54,401 nucleotides of DNA, taken from assembly GCA_003696725.1 (NCBI GenBank), contig RFGI01000055.1, forward strand, positions 1 through 54,401, in the 5' to 3' direction. A program made the translations under genes and the position numbers. Position 1 is the first letter of the stretch. Each line of letters opens with the position of its first letter. Of this stretch, positions 51,421 through 54,401 are shown one piece after another. The notes below the pieces were generated by a model, which was not told the origin of the DNA, searched no databases, and saw nothing but the letters and a program-made list of their open reading frames with translations. The DNA comes from Planctomycetota bacterium. Its GTDB lineage: Bacteria; Planctomycetota; Phycisphaerae; Phycisphaerales; UBA1924.

Positions 51421-54401
51421 ATGGCGATCTTTTCGCGCAAAGCGCCCCGGCGCCCGGCGCCGACGGCCCCCGCACCCACCGCCCCGAGCGCCGACGAGGC
51501 GCGCGTCCGCGAGATCGGCGCCGACATGCTCGCCCGCGCCCGTGCGGGCAAGGCCGGCGTCCTTTCCCGGCAGTTCTGGTCGGACAAGCTCATGGACTGG
51601 GCGATGAAGGACCGGGAGTTCAAGGTCCAGCTCTTCCGCTTCGTCGACGCCTTCCCGACCCTCGCGACGCCCGAGCAGGTGTACGACCACCTGCGCGACT
51701 ACCTGAGCCAGCCGGGCGTGACGCCCCCGCCGGGGTTGGCGCTGGGCCTCAAAGCGGGCGGGGCGGCCAAGACCATCCTCGCCGGTCAGATCTCCAAGCA
51801 GATCACGTCGATGGCCTCGCGCTTCATCGCCGGGACCGACGCCGCCGACGCCCTGCCCTCCCTCGAAGCGCTGTGGTCCAGCGGCGTGGCGTTCAGCGTG
51901 GACCTCCTGGGCGAGGCGTGCATCTCCGACGCCGAGGCCGACGGGTACCGCGACAAATACCTGGACCTCGTCCGGGGGCTGCCGGGGGAGGTCGCCGGAT
52001 GGCCCGCCAACGACCGGCTGGAGCGCGACCACATCGGCGCCGTCCCGCGCGTCAACATCTCGATCAAGATCTCCTCGCTCTCGGGCCGGCTGGACCCCCT
52101 GGACTACGACGGCTCGATGGCGGACCTGATGGGCCGGCTGCGGCCGATCCTGCTGGCGGCGCGGGAGGTCGGCGCGCTCATCAACTTCGACATGGAGCAG
52201 CACGAGCTCAAGGACTTCACGCTCGATCTCTTCATGCGCTGCTGCGAGGAGATCGACTTCCACGCCGGCCTCGCCGTGCAGGCGTACCTGCGCTCGGGCG
52301 ACGCCGACGCCCGGCGGATCGCCGAGTGGGCGCAGCGCACCGGACGGGCCGTCACCGTGCGCCTCGTCAAGGGCGCGTACTGGGACTACGAGACCATCCA
52401 CGCCGAGGAGATGGGCTGGCCCTGCCCGGTGTGGGGCGTCAAGCGCGAGACGGACGCCTGCTACGAGCGCATGACGGACATCCTCATGGACGCGTGCCCG
52501 CGCGACGCCGGCGCCGGGGGGATCAAACTCGCCCTCGGGTCGCACAACGTCCGCTCGATCGCGTTCGCGCTGGCGGGATTGGAGCGACGCGGCCTGCCGA
52601 CCGGGGCGATCGAACTCCAGATGATCCGCGGCATGGCGGACCAGCTCAAGGACGCCGCCGGCCGGATGGGCCTGCGCGTGCGCGAGTACGTGCCCGTCGG
52701 CGAGATGATCCCCGGGATGGCGTACCTGGTGCGGCGGCTCCTGGAGAACACGTCCAACGAGTCGTGGCTCAAGGCGGGGTTCCTGGACCACGCCAGCGAC
52801 GATGACCTGCTGCGAAGCCCGCACGAGCCGACCGGCGCCGCGCCGCCGACGGACGCGACCCCGGCGCCCGAGCGGCACGCGCTGACGCCCGCGGTCGAGG
52901 GCGTCGGCGACGGGCGCCCCTTCATCAACGAGCCCCTGCGCGACTTCGCGGACGCCGGCCAGCGCGAGCGGTTCGGCGAAGCCGTTGCCCGCGCCACCGT
53001 GCCGAGGGTGGCGAGCGACTCGACCGTCGAGGACGCCGACCGGGCCCTGCGCGACGCCGAGGCCTTCTTCCCGACCTGGCGCGACGAAGACCCGCGCCGG
53101 CGGGCGGCGGTCCTGACCCGCGCCGCGGACATCATGCGGCGCCAGCGCGACGGCCTGGCGGGAGTGATGATCCGCGAGGCCGGCAAGACCTGGCGCGAGG
53201 CCGACGCCGACGTGTGCGAGGCGATCGACTTCTGCGAGTACTACGCGCGCCTGGCCGTCCCGCTCTTCGAGCGCGCCCGGCTGGGCCGGTTCATCGGGGA
53301 GCTCGACGAGGTCTGGCATCAGCCGCGCGGCGTCGCCGTGGTCATCAGCCCCTGGAACTTCCCCCTGGCGATCTGCTGCGGGATGACGGTCGCCGCCCTG
53401 GTCACGGGCAACACCGCCGTCGTCAAGCCCGCCGAGCAGACGCCCGGCATCGCCCGCGTCATGGCCGACATCCTCTACGAAGCGGGCGCCCCGCGCGAGG
53501 CGCTGCACCTGCTGCCCGGCCCCGGCGAGACGGTCGGCGCCGCTTTGGTCCGCGACCGGCGCACGGCGATCATCGCCTTCACCGGGTCCAAGGCGGTGGG
53601 GCTGGACATCCTCGCCGCCGCGGGCGTCACGCCCGAGGACCAGACGCACGTCAAGAAGGTCGTGTGCGAGATGGGGGGCAAGAACGCGACCGTCGTCGAC
53701 GCCTCGGCGGACCTGGACGAGGCCGTCGTCGGCGTGCGGCAGTCGGCGTTCGGGTTCCAGGGGCAGAAGTGCTCGGCGTGCAGCCGGGTGTACGTCGTGC
53801 GCTCGGCGTACGACACGTTCCTGCGCCGCCTGGTCGAATCGACCCGCACCCTCGTCGTGGGCGATCCCGCCGACCCCGCCACGGACGTCGGGCCGGTCAT
53901 CGACGCCGAGGCGAAGGCCAAGATCGAGCGATATATCGAAATCGGGAAGCGCGACGCGCGGCTGGCGATCGCGCTGGACGTGCCGGCGGGGCTGGAGGAC
54001 CGGGTCGGCAAGCCCTACGTCGGGCCGGTGGTCTTCGCGGACGCGCCGCACGAGTCACCGATCATGCGCGAGGAGATCTTCGGGCCGGTCCTGGCCGTGA
54101 CGCCGGTGGAGTCGTTCGAGGAGGGGCTGCGCCTGGCGAACGACTCGGCGTACAAACTCACCGGGGGCGTCTTCAGCCGCAAGCCGTCGAACCTGGCGCG
54201 GGCCAAGCGCGAGTTCCGCGTCGGGAACCTGTACCTCAACCGCGGGATCACCGGGGCCCTGGTCGGCCGGCAGCCCTTCGGCGGGTTCGGGATGTCGGGA
54301 GTCGGGAGCAAGGCGGGCGGCGCCGAGTACCTGCATCAGTTCGTCGAGCCCCGGGCCTCGTGCGAGAACACGATGCGCCGGGGCTTCGCGCCGGAGTTGT
54401 A
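51421..54401 (+). CDS. putA: bifunctional proline dehydrogenase / L-glutamate-gamma-semialdehyde (P5C) dehydrogenase, 3' end truncated by the window edge
   Basis: ATG 51421 follows GGAAAGGA, and the frame stays open to nt 54401, which is why it is absent from the ORF track. The N-terminus is DKLMDWAMKDREFKVQLFRFVDAFPTL. The ALDH part has FTGSKAVG, EMGGKNA and GQKCSACSR, and the last residues are ENTMRRGFAPEL. Confidence 0.93.
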   Translation, partial: MAIFSRKAPRRPAPTAPAPTAPSADEARVREIGADMLARARAGKAGVLSRQFWSDKLMDWAMKDREFKVQLFRFVDAFPTLATPEQVYDHLRDYLSQPGVTPPPGLALGLKAGGAAKTILAGQISKQITSMASRFIAGTDAADALPSLEALWSSGVAFSVDLLGEACISDAEADGYRDKYLDLVRGLPGEVAGWPANDRLERDHIGAVPRVNISIKISSLSGRLDPLDYDGSMADLMGRLRPILLAAREVGALINFDMEQHELKDFTLDLFMRCCEEIDFHAGLAVQAYLRSGDADARRIAEWAQRTGRAVTVRLVKGAYWDYETIHAEEMGWPCPVWGVKRETDACYERMTDILMDACPRDAGAGGIKLALGSHNVRSIAFALAGLERRGLPTGAIELQMIRGMADQLKDAAGRMGLRVREYVPVGEMIPGMAYLVRRLLENTSNESWLKAGFLDHASDDDLLRSPHEPTGAAPPTDATPAPERHALTPAVEGVGDGRPFINEPLRDFADAGQRERFGEAVARATVPRVASDSTVEDADRALRDAEAFFPTWRDEDPRRRAAVLTRAADIMRRQRDGLAGVMIREAGKTWREADADVCEAIDFCEYYARLAVPLFERARLGRFIGELDEVWHQPRGVAVVISPWNFPLAICCGMTVAALVTGNTAVVKPAEQTPGIARVMADILYEAGAPREALHLLPGPGETVGAALVRDRRTAIIAFTGSKAVGLDILAAAGVTPEDQTHVKKVVCEMGGKNATVVDASADLDEAVVGVRQSAFGFQGQKCSACSRVYVVRSAYDTFLRRLVESTRTLVVGDPADPATDVGPVIDAEAKAKIERYIEIGKRDARLAIALDVPAGLEDRVGKPYVGPVVFADAPHESPIMREEIFGPVLAVTPVESFEEGLRLANDSAYKLTGGVFSRKPSNLARAKREFRVGNLYLNRGITGALVGRQPFGGFGMSGVGSKAGGAEYLHQFVEPRASCENTMRRGFAPEL

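Noticed and set aside
51337-54051. A 904-aa minus-strand ORF, the longest in the track.
   Set aside because: It is antisense to the clearly coding putA frame. Its product is R/G/P/D-rich low-complexity sequence with no recognisable motif. Stop-free antisense frames are typical in roughly 70% GC DNA.

Overview
This is a high-GC (roughly 70%) chromosomal segment that looks like core genome rather than an accessory island. Several hallmarks point to Planctomycetota, probably a Phycisphaerae-like organism, but that is inference from the sequence only. They are a DUF1559-like prepilin-type protein, a DUF1573 protein, P-[SA]-P-G...RRRR C-terminal sorting tails, a dockerin-like repeat, and very long spurious antisense ORFs.

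I call about 46 protein genes, 2 tRNAs (Gly-CCC, Gln-CTG), several hairpin plus T-run terminators and a few promoter candidates. Most genes are housekeeping:
- proB-proA-asd, exported msrBA, htrA, hsp20, coaE
- rho, with a long N-terminal extension
- prmC, lipB, and an rsmH-LysM-ftsL-ftsI stub
- a sigma-54-type two-component pair, pfkB, pyrD, sppA, rny, mnmA
- a bifunctional putA that runs off the right edge and is therefore missing from the ORF track

I see no transposase, integrase, CRISPR array, reverse transcriptase or recognisable defence or toxin-antitoxin genes, so I cannot point to a clear-cut novel system.

The best uncharacterised candidates are:
1. A translationally coupled LysM-FtsL-FtsI module that stands in for a full dcw cluster.
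2. A Cys-motif-rich DUF1573 plus MauE/thioredoxin membrane pair.
3. A near-consensus sigma-54 promoter in front of hsp20, together with a TauE, sensor-less histidine kinase and NtrC-type operon.
4. A striking 21-nt AT-only rare-codon island inside a sulfotransferase gene of a putative sulfated-glycan cluster.
5. Tandem small acidic secreted paralogs.
6. A TPR-YggX fusion.

All product calls come from reading the translations for known motifs. No database search was run.
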